Source: an uncultured Candidatus Peribacteria bacterium (GTDB lineage Bacteria; Patescibacteriota; Gracilibacteria; UBA1369; UBA12463). Taken from it: 48,640 nucleotides of DNA. The position numbers and the translations under genes are program-made. Location of the stretch: contig CAZFSD010000002.1 in assembly GCA_964521465.1 (NCBI GenBank), positions 1 to 48,640 of the forward strand, in the 5' to 3' direction. The notes below the pieces were generated by a model. The model was not told where the DNA came from, did no database searches, and saw only the letters and a program-made list of their open reading frames with translations. This document shows positions 27,179 to 36,524 of the stretch, piece after piece. Numbering within the stretch: position 1 is the first letter of the stretch; each line of letters begins with the position of its first letter.

Positions 27179-27226
27179 AAGGATCTCGCGATCTATGCGA
27201 TCTGCAGGAACTTTTCTTTGAGAACT

Positions 27227-27514
27227 TTAGAATTTCGGAACTCCTCCATTTTTATTGAATTCAATGGTGAGTTCGCATTGTTTCTGAAGATAATCTTCTG
27301 TGAATTTTTTGCAATTTTCCTTACTTCCCGATGCTTGAGCGTCAGCAAGTTTGTCTAATTTTTCGTCGCTCACTAAGCTCACCACTTTCTGCTTTGATTC
27401 TTGATCTCTCAATTCGTCAACCCTTGCCACTTCTCCATCGCCCGATCCCCAGAGACTACAGCCGCTCACAAGAAGAGATGAAGCGAGGAAGCTTGCTGTC
27501 AGTATTTTTTTCAT
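27227..27514 (-). CDS. small lipoprotein
   Basis: MKKILTASFLASSLLVSGCS, i.e. a signal peptide plus lipobox (L-V-S-G-C). Confidence 0.7.
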   Translation of the reverse strand: MKKILTASFLASSLLVSGCSLWGSGDGEVARVDELRDQESKQKVVSLVSDEKLDKLADAQASGSKENCKKFTEDYLQKQCELTIEFNKNGGVPKF

Positions 27515-27564
27515 GGTGAAAAAGTGAGTAAGGGATATTGATGCGACCGTAGTCGCATAAGACT

Positions 27565-28428
27565 TTAAAGGCCGAGCTGTTTTCGAATTTCTTCGGCTTT
27601 CGCTTCGTCTTGCTGACTTTTTGCTTTTTGAAATTCTTCATTTTCAAGATCCATCCATTCTTCAAAATGCTTTTGATCGAGCATTTCAAGTTGAGGAACA
27701 TGCTTTTTGCTCAATTCAGCGAATTTCTTTTTTTCTTCTTCGAAAATACGAATGAGTTCATCCACCTGGCTCTGTTTGAGCTTCGGGATGGAGTCGACGA
27801 TTTTTCGTTTTTCATCTTTTGTGAGCGAGATCGATCCTGCAAGAAGATGCAAGAAGAGTTGCTCATCGAAAGAGAGTGCATGTGGTGGAACTTTTACTTT
27901 CAATACTTGCGGAAGCTTTTCACCAATTCTGAAATTTGCTGGAGTTGTATCTTCGACTGGCGGTTGCGGTGGTACTGGAGGGCCAAACTGTCCCGACTGA
28001 CCACCCATCGGTCCACCAAACCCCTGACCATCTCCAGACCCTCCTTGACCCTGCTGGCCGGCGAATGGATCGCTCGGTGGCATTTGTCCACCTTGAAACT
28101 GCCCCTGCTGTGGCGGCATGTATGTCGGTGGTGTGTATGTCGGTGGCGGATTATATCCCTGTTGCTGAGCGTATGGATCGAATTGCGGAACAGACTGCTG
28201 ATGGTACTGAGCCGGTTGTGACTGATATTGCTGTGAATACGGATCGTATGCACCTTGAGCATAGGGATCTTGCGAGGCTTGCTGACCTGCAGCAGGATCA
28301 AAAAATTGGTCGTCCTGTGGTTGACCGCCTACCGGTTGACCTGCCTGAGGATCAAACTGTTGACCGCCTTGGCCTGACTGGTCCCCTTGAAACTGCCCTT
28401 GTTGTCCTGAAGCCTGATCGTCGAACAT
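27565..28428 (-). CDS. Gln/Gly/Pro-rich low-complexity protein with a helical C-terminal domain
   Basis: About 170 aa of QGQFQGDQSGQGGQQFDPQAGQP...PPTYTPPTYMPPQQGQ, followed by ...LTKDEKRKIVDSIPKLKQSQVDELIRIFEEEKKKF. The start is placed at MFDDQ (28428) to avoid overlap with the LOG gene; 28488 is also possible. Confidence 0.55.
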   Translation of the reverse strand: MFDDQASGQQGQFQGDQSGQGGQQFDPQAGQPVGGQPQDDQFFDPAAGQQASQDPYAQGAYDPYSQQYQSQPAQYHQQSVPQFDPYAQQQGYNPPPTYTPPTYMPPQQGQFQGGQMPPSDPFAGQQGQGGSGDGQGFGGPMGGQSGQFGPPVPPQPPVEDTTPANFRIGEKLPQVLKVKVPPHALSFDEQLFLHLLAGSISLTKDEKRKIVDSIPKLKQSQVDELIRIFEEEKKKFAELSKKHVPQLEMLDQKHFEEWMDLENEEFQKAKSQQDEAKAEEIRKQLGL

Positions 28429-28463
28429 AGTAAGTATATCGTAATAGAGTTTTTCCCTTTTGG

Positions 28464-29096
28464 CTAGTATTTCTTCCAATTGATACACTCTTTGGCGCCG
28501 CCTTTTTTGAAAGCTTTTTGGGCTTTTTCAATGATTTTCATCGCTTCTTTGTTATTTTTTGCGATGAAAATACAGTCAAAGTCTGCTTTATTGACGAGTT
28601 TTTGCTTGAGCATCCATTTTTTGGCCCATCGGATAAGATCTTCCCACATGCTTCCCATGAGGATGATTGGCATTTTCTGAATATGATTTACCTGGATGAG
28701 CTGCCAAGTGAAAAAAAGTTCGAGACAAGTTCCGATTCCGCCTTTTGTCACGACAATGACATTGGACAGTTTCATAAAATGATCCAGGCGCCTGGAAAAA
28801 GTTGCATGGTCCTCTACGATATCAAGATATTTGTTCGGCTCCTGCTCTGTTGAAAGCTGGATATTGAGACCGATCGTGTCGCTATCGTTTTTCGGACTTC
28901 CTGCTTCGTGTCCGTGACTTGCCGCCTCCATGATTCCCGGTCCTCCGCCGGTAACCATATCCGCCTTCAATTTTCCGATTCCTTTTGCGAGATTAAAAAC
29001 CTCTTTGAAAATTTTGTCGCCGCGTTTGATCCGAGCTGATCCGAAGATGGCGACACGAAAATCTTTCTTTTTGAGTTCTTTTTCGAAGGCGTTCAT
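28464..29096 (-). CDS. LOG-family (TIGR00730) nucleotide 5'-monophosphate nucleosidase-like protein
   Basis: VAIFGSARI, VTGGGPGIMEAA, and VVTKGGIGTCLELF (the PGGxGTxxE-like motif). Confidence 0.85.
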   Translation of the reverse strand: MNAFEKELKKKDFRVAIFGSARIKRGDKIFKEVFNLAKGIGKLKADMVTGGGPGIMEAASHGHEAGSPKNDSDTIGLNIQLSTEQEPNKYLDIVEDHATFSRRLDHFMKLSNVIVVTKGGIGTCLELFFTWQLIQVNHIQKMPIILMGSMWEDLIRWAKKWMLKQKLVNKADFDCIFIAKNNKEAMKIIEKAQKAFKKGGAKECINWKKY

Positions 29097-29247
29097 ACGT
29101 GAGGATTAAGAGTGGGTAATAACGATAATTCGAGGGTTCGAGACTATCTTTCTATTATAGCAGATTTTTTAGTTTTTTTCTAGCGGTTTTAAGCTGACCG
29201 AGTTAGAATGGCCCTGCTTTCTTTTTCGTTATTTTACCACCTTTTCT

Positions 29248-29892
29248 ATGAAACTCTTTCTGGATACTGCCAATATCGATGAAATCAAAACCATTGCCTC
29301 GTGGGGCGTTTTGGATGGGGTCACGACGAATCCGACATTGGTGGTCAAAGAGGGAGTGAGTTTTGAAAAACGCGTGAAAGATATTTGCAAAATCGTTTCG
29401 GGACCGGTGAGTGCGGAGGTCATCTCGACGGATGTGAAGGGAATGCTCGCAGAAGGTCGAGCGTATGCGAAATGGGCGAAAAACATTGCGGTAAAAGTTC
29501 CACTCACTCCTGCCGGTCTTCAGGCGGTTTCACAGTTTTCCAAAGAAGGGATCATGACCAATGTGACCCTGTGCTTCTCTGCAAATCAAGCACTGCTGGC
29601 GGCAAAAGCCGGCGCGAGCATGGTGAGTCCTTTCGTGGGACGACTTGATGACTTGGGCCAGGATGGACTCGAAGTCATTCGAGAGATCATGGATATTTAT
29701 GTTGAATTTGGTTTTCCCACCGAAGTTCTTTTTGCCAGCGTGCGCCATCCTCGCCATGTTACGGAGGCGGCGAAAATGGGAGTCGACATCGCCACTTTGC
29801 CCTACAATGTTTTTGAAAAACTCGTGAAGCATCCGCTCACGGATTCGGGTCTCGAAAAATTTCTTTCAGACTGGAAGAAAGCCAAAAAATAA
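29248..29892 (+). CDS. tal: transaldolase / fructose-6-phosphate aldolase family (short type)
   Basis: [14 protein letters not shown]...[12 protein letters not shown], Schiff-base lysine context IAVKVPLT, and SPFVGRLDD. Confidence 0.9.
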   Translation: MKLFLDTANIDEIKTIASWGVLDGVTTNPTLVVKEGVSFEKRVKDICKIVSGPVSAEVISTDVKGMLAEGRAYAKWAKNIAVKVPLTPAGLQAVSQFSKEGIMTNVTLCFSANQALLAAKAGASMVSPFVGRLDDLGQDGLEVIREIMDIYVEFGFPTEVLFASVRHPRHVTEAAKMGVDIATLPYNVFEKLVKHPLTDSGLEKFLSDWKKAKK

Positions 29893-29916
29893 TCGTTTCT
29901 TTTCTTTATTTTCCTC

Positions 29917-31206
29917 ATGCTTTCTCTGCATTCACATCATGTTTTCTCGGTTGGATCGCGTGGACTTACCAAAAAAATGGTTGAAGATGTTCTTTCGCCG
30001 GATTTTACTGCTTCTCTCGAGCATCGGATGAAGGATTGGAGTTTTTTGAAATTGGCGCAAGAGTGCGAAGAAAATGGCTTGATCGATCGGATTGAGGCTT
30101 TTTTTCGTGAGGTTGATGGAAAATTTGAATATCTCGCCATTCTTGGGATTGGCGGCTCTGCTCTGGGGACCCGATGCATCGTGGACGCCCTGTGTACGCC
30201 GGCTGCGCGGGCGAAGGTTTTTGTGCTCGACAATGTGGATCCGGCAATGCTCGATGATTTTGAAAAATCGGTCAATCTGGAAAAAACGCTTTTTGTCGTT
30301 GTGAGTAAATCCGGGGGGACGCCGGAGACGGTGGCGCAGTACTTTTATTTTCGATCGCAGGTGGAAGAAACGGTCGGCAAGGAGTGGAAAAAACAATTTG
30401 TCGTTGTCACGGATCCGGAGAAAGGATTTTTGCGAGAAGTTGTGAAGAACGAGGGACTCAAGAGTTTCGATGTTCCACCGGAAATTGGTGGACGCTTTTC
30501 GGTGCTTTCGGCGGTAGGGCTTCTTCCCGCGGGGCTTCTCGGTGTCGATATTCGCGAGATGCTTCGTGGGGCAAGACAGGCGCTGGAATCTCAGAAAATG
30601 GCACTCGAACTTGCGGCGGTGCAGTATCTTTTGCAGCGTGAAAGGGGCGTGGTGATGACGGTGATGATGCCGTACAGCTCCCGACTTTCGACTTTTTCCG
30701 ATTGGTATGTGCAACTGCTTTCTGAGAGCATTGGCAAAGAAAAAAATCTCGACGGCGAGACGGTGCACACAGGCATTACACCCGTGAAAGCCGTGGGCGT
30801 GACCGATCAACATTCGCAGGTGCAGCTTTTTACGAGTGGGCCTTTCGATAAATTTGTCGTTTTTTTGGAAGTTGAGGAGGCGGGCATTGATATGACTATT
30901 CCGATCGTGACCTCTGAAAATACTTCTTCTGGCCGGGACAGCGCGAAAGACTTTTCGTATCTGCATGGCGTTTCTTTTCAAAGACTTCTCAATACGGAAA
31001 AACAAGCGACCGAGCAGGCTTTGACTCAGTACCATCGAGCGAATGCGACGGTAAAAATTCATGAAGTTGACGCTGCTGCGCTTGGCGAACTGTTTGTATT
31101 TTTCGAGATGAGCGTGGCTTTTCTCGGTGAACTTTATCGCATCAATACTTTCGATCAGCCGGGTGTAGAACTTGGCAAGACGCTCACGAAAAAACTTCTC
31201 TCTTGA
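29917..31206 (+). CDS. pgi: glucose-6-phosphate isomerase (short type)
   Basis: ILGIGGSALG, VVSKSGGTPET, GGRFSVLSAVGL, and DQHSQVQLF. The start is uncertain (29917 or the internal ATG 29977). Confidence 0.85.
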   Translation: MLSLHSHHVFSVGSRGLTKKMVEDVLSPDFTASLEHRMKDWSFLKLAQECEENGLIDRIEAFFREVDGKFEYLAILGIGGSALGTRCIVDALCTPAARAKVFVLDNVDPAMLDDFEKSVNLEKTLFVVVSKSGGTPETVAQYFYFRSQVEETVGKEWKKQFVVVTDPEKGFLREVVKNEGLKSFDVPPEIGGRFSVLSAVGLLPAGLLGVDIREMLRGARQALESQKMALELAAVQYLLQRERGVVMTVMMPYSSRLSTFSDWYVQLLSESIGKEKNLDGETVHTGITPVKAVGVTDQHSQVQLFTSGPFDKFVVFLEVEEAGIDMTIPIVTSENTSSGRDSAKDFSYLHGVSFQRLLNTEKQATEQALTQYHRANATVKIHEVDAAALGELFVFFEMSVAFLGELYRINTFDQPGVELGKTLTKKLLS

Positions 31207-31244
31207 AAGTTCTAATCTCTTCTCAATCCCTCATCCCTCACTCT

Positions 31245-31775
31245 ATGTTTTCCATTTTTTCTTCTTTTCGGCATCGAACTTTCTGGCTTTTGTTCTGTGT
31301 GGCAATTTGTGAACTTGCGGGAATTGCGGGTTCGTTTTTTACGGCGCCGGCGGTTTCAAGTAGCTGGTATGCAAATCTGCAAAAACCGGTTTTTATGCCA
31401 CCGAGTTGGGTTTTTGGACCGGTGTGGGTGACGCTGTACTTCCTCATGGGCGTCAGTCTCTATTTCATCTGGAAACAGGCATTTTCGCGACACTTTTTAC
31501 CTTTTTTGCATGAAAAATCCCAGCATCAAGCACGGTTTTCGATTGTGTTTTTCTTCGTGCATCTTGCGTTGAATGCGGCGTGGTCGATCGTCTTCTTTGG
31601 CCTTCAGAATATCGCTCTGGCGCTGGCGGTGATTGGTATTTTGTGGCTCATGATCCTGGTTTTGATCGCCCTGTTCTCATCTCTCGACAAACGGTCCAGC
31701 TGGCTTCTGGTACCATACTTTCTCTGGGTTTCTTTTGCGGCGGTTTTGAATGCGGCGATTTTTGTGTTGAATTAA
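31245..31775 (+). CDS. tspO: TspO/MBR-family tryptophan-rich sensory protein
   Basis: WYANLQKPVFMPPSWVFGPVWVTLYFLMGVSLYFIW and five hydrophobic helices. ATG 31245 is preferred over the TTG at 31203 that overlaps the pgi stop. Confidence 0.85.
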   Translation: MFSIFSSFRHRTFWLLFCVAICELAGIAGSFFTAPAVSSSWYANLQKPVFMPPSWVFGPVWVTLYFLMGVSLYFIWKQAFSRHFLPFLHEKSQHQARFSIVFFFVHLALNAAWSIVFFGLQNIALALAVIGILWLMILVLIALFSSLDKRSSWLLVPYFLWVSFAAVLNAAIFVLN

Positions 31776-31837
31776 GGTCATTCACGAACTATTTCACACC
31801 TTTGATTTCTTTATTCCTGGTGCTATAATCCCGCTCG

Positions 31838-33793
31838 ATGGAACTCCCGAAACTTGGTTTGCCGCTAACTTCAGAGCAGCTTCAACTTTTACGGGCTTTT
31901 AGTCGTTCGTGTCGCCGTTCGGCTCTGCAGATGGTCACGAATGCGAAATCGGGGCATCCGGGCGGGAGTCTTTCGGCGCTGGATTATCTTTCGCTGTTGT
32001 ATCTTTTCCTGGTCAGCCAGACAAACGAGCCGGTCGTCATTTCGAATGGGCATATCTCCCCTGCGGTGTACGCGGTTTTGGGAGAATTGGGCGTTTTTGA
32101 AAAAGAACGAGCAATCAAAAATTTCCGAAAACCGAACGATATTTTCGAAGGGCATGTGAATCGCCGAGTTCCGGGTATTTATTACAGCACCGGGCCGCTG
32201 GGCGTTGGAGCAAGTGTGGCGAGTGGTTTTGCGTGGGGCGACAAATATCGTGGAAGCCATGAATTCACCTATCTCGTGATGGGTGATGGTGAAAATCAAG
32301 AGGGCATGGTCTACGAAATGATGAATTTTGCGGCGAAATACCATTTGAATAATTTGATCGGTTTTATTGATTACAACCAGATTCAATTAACGGCGAGTCT
32401 CGATGAAATCATGCCGCTGAATATCAAAGGTTATTATGAGGCTGCGGGATGGGAAGTTTTTGAGGTCAATGGTCATGATTTTTCTGCGATGTGGGATGTG
32501 CTGGGTCGCGCTCATGAATCTCGTACGAAACCGGTTTTGATTTTGGGCCATACGGTCATGGGCAAAGGCGTGTCATTCATGGAGCAAGTGGCTCACGAAG
32601 GCAAGGCCGATTGGCATGGCGTGGCGCCAAGCGCTGAACAGAACGCTGCAGCAAGTCTTGAACTTGCATCGAGCGATGAGGATGAAGCCTTGATACGAGC
32701 GTTTGTTCAGCAATTTCCTCATAAAATCAAAACGCCGGACATGCCGAATTTGTGGACGAAAATCGAAGGCATTGATGTAGGCGAACCGGTCACCTATCCT
32801 GCCGACAAGCTGACGGATTGTCGCGGTGCGTATGGCAGCGCGCTTGCTGATCTGGCAAAACGCAATAAAAATATCCTCGCGATGACGGCAGATCTGGCCG
32901 GCTCGGTGAAGACTGATGGCGTGAAGAAAAATTCTCCAGCGCAGCATATTGAATGCGGCATTGCAGAACAACACATGGTGAGTGCGGCGGGCGGATTGAG
33001 CTTGCGAGGTTTCGTGCCTTTCTGTTCAACTTTTGGCGCGTTCATGAGTAGCCGTGCGAAAGACCAGGCGCGTGTGAATGATATCAACGAAGCGAATGTG
33101 AAAATGGTGGCAACCCACTGTGGACTTTCTGTGGGCGAAGATGGGCCGACGCATCAGGCGATCGACGATATGAGCTCATTTTTGGGCTTTATGCATACCA
33201 ATATTCTCGAGCCGGTTGATCCGAATCAGTGCGATCGGATGATTCGATATGTGGCGAGTGTCTCCGGAAATTTCTATGTGCGTATGGGTCGCGCCAAATT
33301 GCCGGTGATTACCAAAGAAGATGGAACGCCGTTTTTTGCAGGCTCTTATGTTTTCGAGCCGGGTCGTGCGGACATCGTGCGTGAAGGTACAGATGTGACG
33401 ATTGTGGCGAGTGGGCCGATGGTTGAACGCGCGATGAAAGTGGCAAATACCCTTTCTGCGGTGAACGCAAATCCTGCGAGCGCTTCGAAATCCGTAGAAG
33501 TCATTGCCGTCTCGTCTCTGCGACCTTTTGATGAAGAGACCATTTTGAAAAGCGCACGAAAAACCGGACGCGTGGTAACCGTGGAAGATCATCACAGCGC
33601 AACAGGACTGGGATCACTGGTGCTCCAGACTTTGGCACGGGCACGATGCGTCGATCAGACGGGCATGCCGGTACTTGTCAAAACTCTCGGCGTTCATGAA
33701 TACCAACTCTCGGGCACCTGTGATGAACTCTATGAAAAAGCAGGCCTGGGACTTCAGCACATCGAAGAAACGGTGAAGGGAATGATGGCTTAA
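31838..33793 (+). CDS. tkt: transketolase
   Basis: SGHPGGSLS, the TPP motif VMGDGENQEGMVYEMMNFAAKYHLNNLIGFIDYNQIQL, EQHMVSAAGGL, and GEDGPTHQAIDD. Confidence 0.9.
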   Translation: MELPKLGLPLTSEQLQLLRAFSRSCRRSALQMVTNAKSGHPGGSLSALDYLSLLYLFLVSQTNEPVVISNGHISPAVYAVLGELGVFEKERAIKNFRKPNDIFEGHVNRRVPGIYYSTGPLGVGASVASGFAWGDKYRGSHEFTYLVMGDGENQEGMVYEMMNFAAKYHLNNLIGFIDYNQIQLTASLDEIMPLNIKGYYEAAGWEVFEVNGHDFSAMWDVLGRAHESRTKPVLILGHTVMGKGVSFMEQVAHEGKADWHGVAPSAEQNAAASLELASSDEDEALIRAFVQQFPHKIKTPDMPNLWTKIEGIDVGEPVTYPADKLTDCRGAYGSALADLAKRNKNILAMTADLAGSVKTDGVKKNSPAQHIECGIAEQHMVSAAGGLSLRGFVPFCSTFGAFMSSRAKDQARVNDINEANVKMVATHCGLSVGEDGPTHQAIDDMSSFLGFMHTNILEPVDPNQCDRMIRYVASVSGNFYVRMGRAKLPVITKEDGTPFFAGSYVFEPGRADIVREGTDVTIVASGPMVERAMKVANTLSAVNANPASASKSVEVIAVSSLRPFDEETILKSARKTGRVVTVEDHHSATGLGSLVLQTLARARCVDQTGMPVLVKTLGVHEYQLSGTCDELYEKAGLGLQHIEETVKGMMA

Positions 33794-34395
33794 GCTTCTT
33801 TTTCCAATTCCCTACTTAATCCCTCACGAATTACTAAAGTTATTGTTCCCACATTTCTATCGGCCGGCGGAGTCTCTTCTCCTGGATAGTCGCCAAAGCC
33901 TATCTCTGTGAATCCTGTAATCTCGTTCAATATTCTACAGAATTTTTCAAAGCTTATTCCCCCAACACCTTTCAACTCGTTTATCACGGCTTCCACAAAA
34001 TCATCTTTCATACCATCGTCTTCGGGAATATTTTTTGCATATTTTCCTCTGATTTTAAGTTCATTTTTTATAGCTCCTGCTACTTTTTTTTGTGTCATTA
34101 ACATCTTTTTCTGATTTTGTGCAATCCTCACCAGAGCTGCTTCCATCGCTTTTCCGATCTTCTGTATATCAGCTCTTTTCCCTGGGCTCCTCGTTACTTC
34201 TATCTGCATCTTCAGTTGCTCGAAAAGCTTCATGAGTGTTATGGGTGACGAATAACGCTCATGATTCTCCATTGAAGAATTCTTTAAAGAATCCTTCAAG
34301 GATATACTTCCTCTGCTACCCAAGCCTACTGCCGGACCGCTGATTTCTTCTAAAGTTGAACCTGTCTCAATATCATTCGCCATTGTTTTTTTCAT
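33790..34395 (-). CDS. hypothetical protein
   Basis: AT-rich 201-aa ORF with no signal peptide and no family I recognise. Its stop codon overlaps the tkt stop (convergent, 4-nt overlap). Confidence 0.45.
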   Translation of the reverse strand: MKKTMANDIETGSTLEEISGPAVGLGSRGSISLKDSLKNSSMENHERYSSPITLMKLFEQLKMQIEVTRSPGKRADIQKIGKAMEAALVRIAQNQKKMLMTQKKVAGAIKNELKIRGKYAKNIPEDDGMKDDFVEAVINELKGVGGISFEKFCRILNEITGFTEIGFGDYPGEETPPADRNVGTITLVIREGLSRELEKEA

Positions 34396-34450
34396 TACTC
34401 AATCTTTGACTCTTATTTTAATTCTTTTTTTCTTTTTGTCAAATTCAGCT

Positions 34451-35092
34451 TCAGATGAATTCCCAATTGAGCTCTTTCATTATTTTTGCGAGTGGAATTT
34501 CGTGAAAATCGGCGTCTGACTTTTGGGCGAGAGTGAGGATTTTTTCTTTTTCTGGAGTTTTCGCTTTGAGGATGAAGACTTTTTCGGTGTCGAGGAGGGC
34601 TTGATAGGTCAGTGTGAGGCGGTTTTTGACTGGAAATGCTGAGCCGGCGGGCACTTGCGCTCCTGTCACGAGTGACTTCGCCTCGAGTACATCAGTATTT
34701 GGGAAAAGTGAAGCGATGTGTCCGTCTGGACCATATCCGAGGATGAGAATGTCGATGAGGGGATGGCGCGCGCGCTGGAGATTCATGAGCTTACTCTGCA
34801 TATCTTTTGCGGCTTGCTCAGGAGAAAGAAAGGTATTGAAGACGATAACGCCCTCTGGCTTGATGCGGATCTGAGAAAAAAGCGCTTCACTTAACATGCG
34901 AAAATTACTTTGTTCGTCGGTTGGCGGGACACAGCGTTCGTCAATCAGGATCCATTCGATGCGTTCCCAGGGAAGTTTTTGCTGTGCGAGTTGCTGATAG
35001 ATTGCGCGGGGAGAAGTACCTCCGGAAAGGCCGATGCGGCAAGTGGAATTTTGACGGAGGGAGGTGTTGATGCTGTCGAGGAGATTTTGCAT
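34451..35092 (-). CDS. pgl: 6-phosphogluconolactonase
   Basis: RIGLSGGTSPRAIYQQL, LIDERCVP, and LGYGPDGHIASLFP. Confidence 0.85.
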   Translation of the reverse strand: MQNLLDSINTSLRQNSTCRIGLSGGTSPRAIYQQLAQQKLPWERIEWILIDERCVPPTDEQSNFRMLSEALFSQIRIKPEGVIVFNTFLSPEQAAKDMQSKLMNLQRARHPLIDILILGYGPDGHIASLFPNTDVLEAKSLVTGAQVPAGSAFPVKNRLTLTYQALLDTEKVFILKAKTPEKEKILTLAQKSDADFHEIPLAKIMKELNWEFI

Positions 35093-35097
35093 GAGAT

Positions 35098-36516
35098 TTA
35101 AAAGTTATTCCATTTGTCGCCGAATTGCGCGATCCAATCGTCGACTCCTTTTGGGCCGAGAGTTCCCTCTTCATAGATGTGAAGTGGAGTTTTATCATCT
35201 TTAAACTCTTCGAGTACGGGCTCGAGCACTTTCCAGGAAGACAGCACTTCTTCGAAGCAGAGGAAAAGCAATCGGCTGCCGCGAATGGTTTCCAGAATGA
35301 GTCTGCCGTGCGGATCAATACAATCGCCGGCACAGTAAATCGTTTTGCTGGTGGCGAGATTGTGAAAGTCCGTCTCGTTGCCGCCCATTTTGGTCAGCAA
35401 GTGGAACTCAATTTTCTCTTCTGGCTGGAGTTGAATCACCAGGAGATTCGGCTCAATTTTGTCATTTTTTCGATGGAGTGGAAGTGGCTTGAATTCGATC
35501 ACAATACTCGTGAGTTGCTTGGCGAGCTTTTTGCCGCTGCGCAGATAGATGGGAATATCGTGCCAATCGAGATGGTCGAGCGTCAGGCGCATCGCCATAA
35601 ATGTTTCAGTTTTGGAATCTTTTGGAATTTCTGATTCGCTTGTGTAGCTCTTGTACTGGCCGCGAACGACGGTTTTCTGAACATCTTTGATTTTGATGTA
35701 TTTGATGAGATTTTCTTTTTCACGGTGGATGGTGTCGGTGTTGATTTCTTCCGGCAAATTCATCGTAAGAAATGCGAGAATCTGAAAAAGATGCGACTGA
35801 ATCATGTCGCGGAGATTGCCGACTTTGTCGTAGCTGGGACGACCTTCGATGCCGAGTGTTTCCAGGCCGTTGATTTGAATGTTTTTGATGTATTTTCCCT
35901 GAATCAAGCGGGCGAGCATGGCGTTGGCATAGCGCAGAGACAAAACATTAAATACTGCCTCTTTCCCGAGATAATGATCGAGAAGGAAAATCTGCTCGTC
36001 TTCAAAATTATTGCGAAGAATTTTCTTAAGGGCTTTTGCGGAAGAGTAGTCCGTGCCGACGGGCTTTTCGATCACGAGACGCCCTTCGAATTTCAGCTCT
36101 CCGAGATTTTCAAGTATTGGCTGGAAAACCTGTGGCGGAACGGAAAGATAGGCGATGTCGACATGATCTTTGTGTTTTTTGAGATGGCCGAGCTGTGCGA
36201 GGAGATTTTCGTAATCTTCTTTTTTACTATAATCACCTTGGATGTATTGAACAGCGTTGAGTACTTCGCGGAGAACCTCACGATCTACTTCTTTGCCGTA
36301 CTTCTTGACGACAGCATCTTCGAATATCTTTTGAAATTGTTGTTTGGTGAAATGGGTGCGGCCATATCCGACGATATGGAAATTCACCGGAAGACGGCGT
36401 TCCACCATGAGCTGATAGAGAGACGGGAAAATTTTGAGTTTTGCCAAATCGCCCGATGCTCCGAAAATCACCATCGTGAAATCTTTTTCTGCTTTTTGAA
36501 ATTGGAAATTTTCCAT
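35098..36516 (-). CDS. zwf: glucose-6-phosphate 1-dehydrogenase
   Basis: MVIFGASGDLAKLKIFPSLY, the active-site block LLDHYLGKE, and RGQY. The start is at ATG 36516 (MENFQFQ). Confidence 0.9.
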   Translation of the reverse strand: MENFQFQKAEKDFTMVIFGASGDLAKLKIFPSLYQLMVERRLPVNFHIVGYGRTHFTKQQFQKIFEDAVVKKYGKEVDREVLREVLNAVQYIQGDYSKKEDYENLLAQLGHLKKHKDHVDIAYLSVPPQVFQPILENLGELKFEGRLVIEKPVGTDYSSAKALKKILRNNFEDEQIFLLDHYLGKEAVFNVLSLRYANAMLARLIQGKYIKNIQINGLETLGIEGRPSYDKVGNLRDMIQSHLFQILAFLTMNLPEEINTDTIHREKENLIKYIKIKDVQKTVVRGQYKSYTSESEIPKDSKTETFMAMRLTLDHLDWHDIPIYLRSGKKLAKQLTSIVIEFKPLPLHRKNDKIEPNLLVIQLQPEEKIEFHLLTKMGGNETDFHNLATSKTIYCAGDCIDPHGRLILETIRGSRLLFLCFEEVLSSWKVLEPVLEEFKDDKTPLHIYEEGTLGPKGVDDWIAQFGDKWNNF

Positions 36517-36524
36517 GGTTTTTA

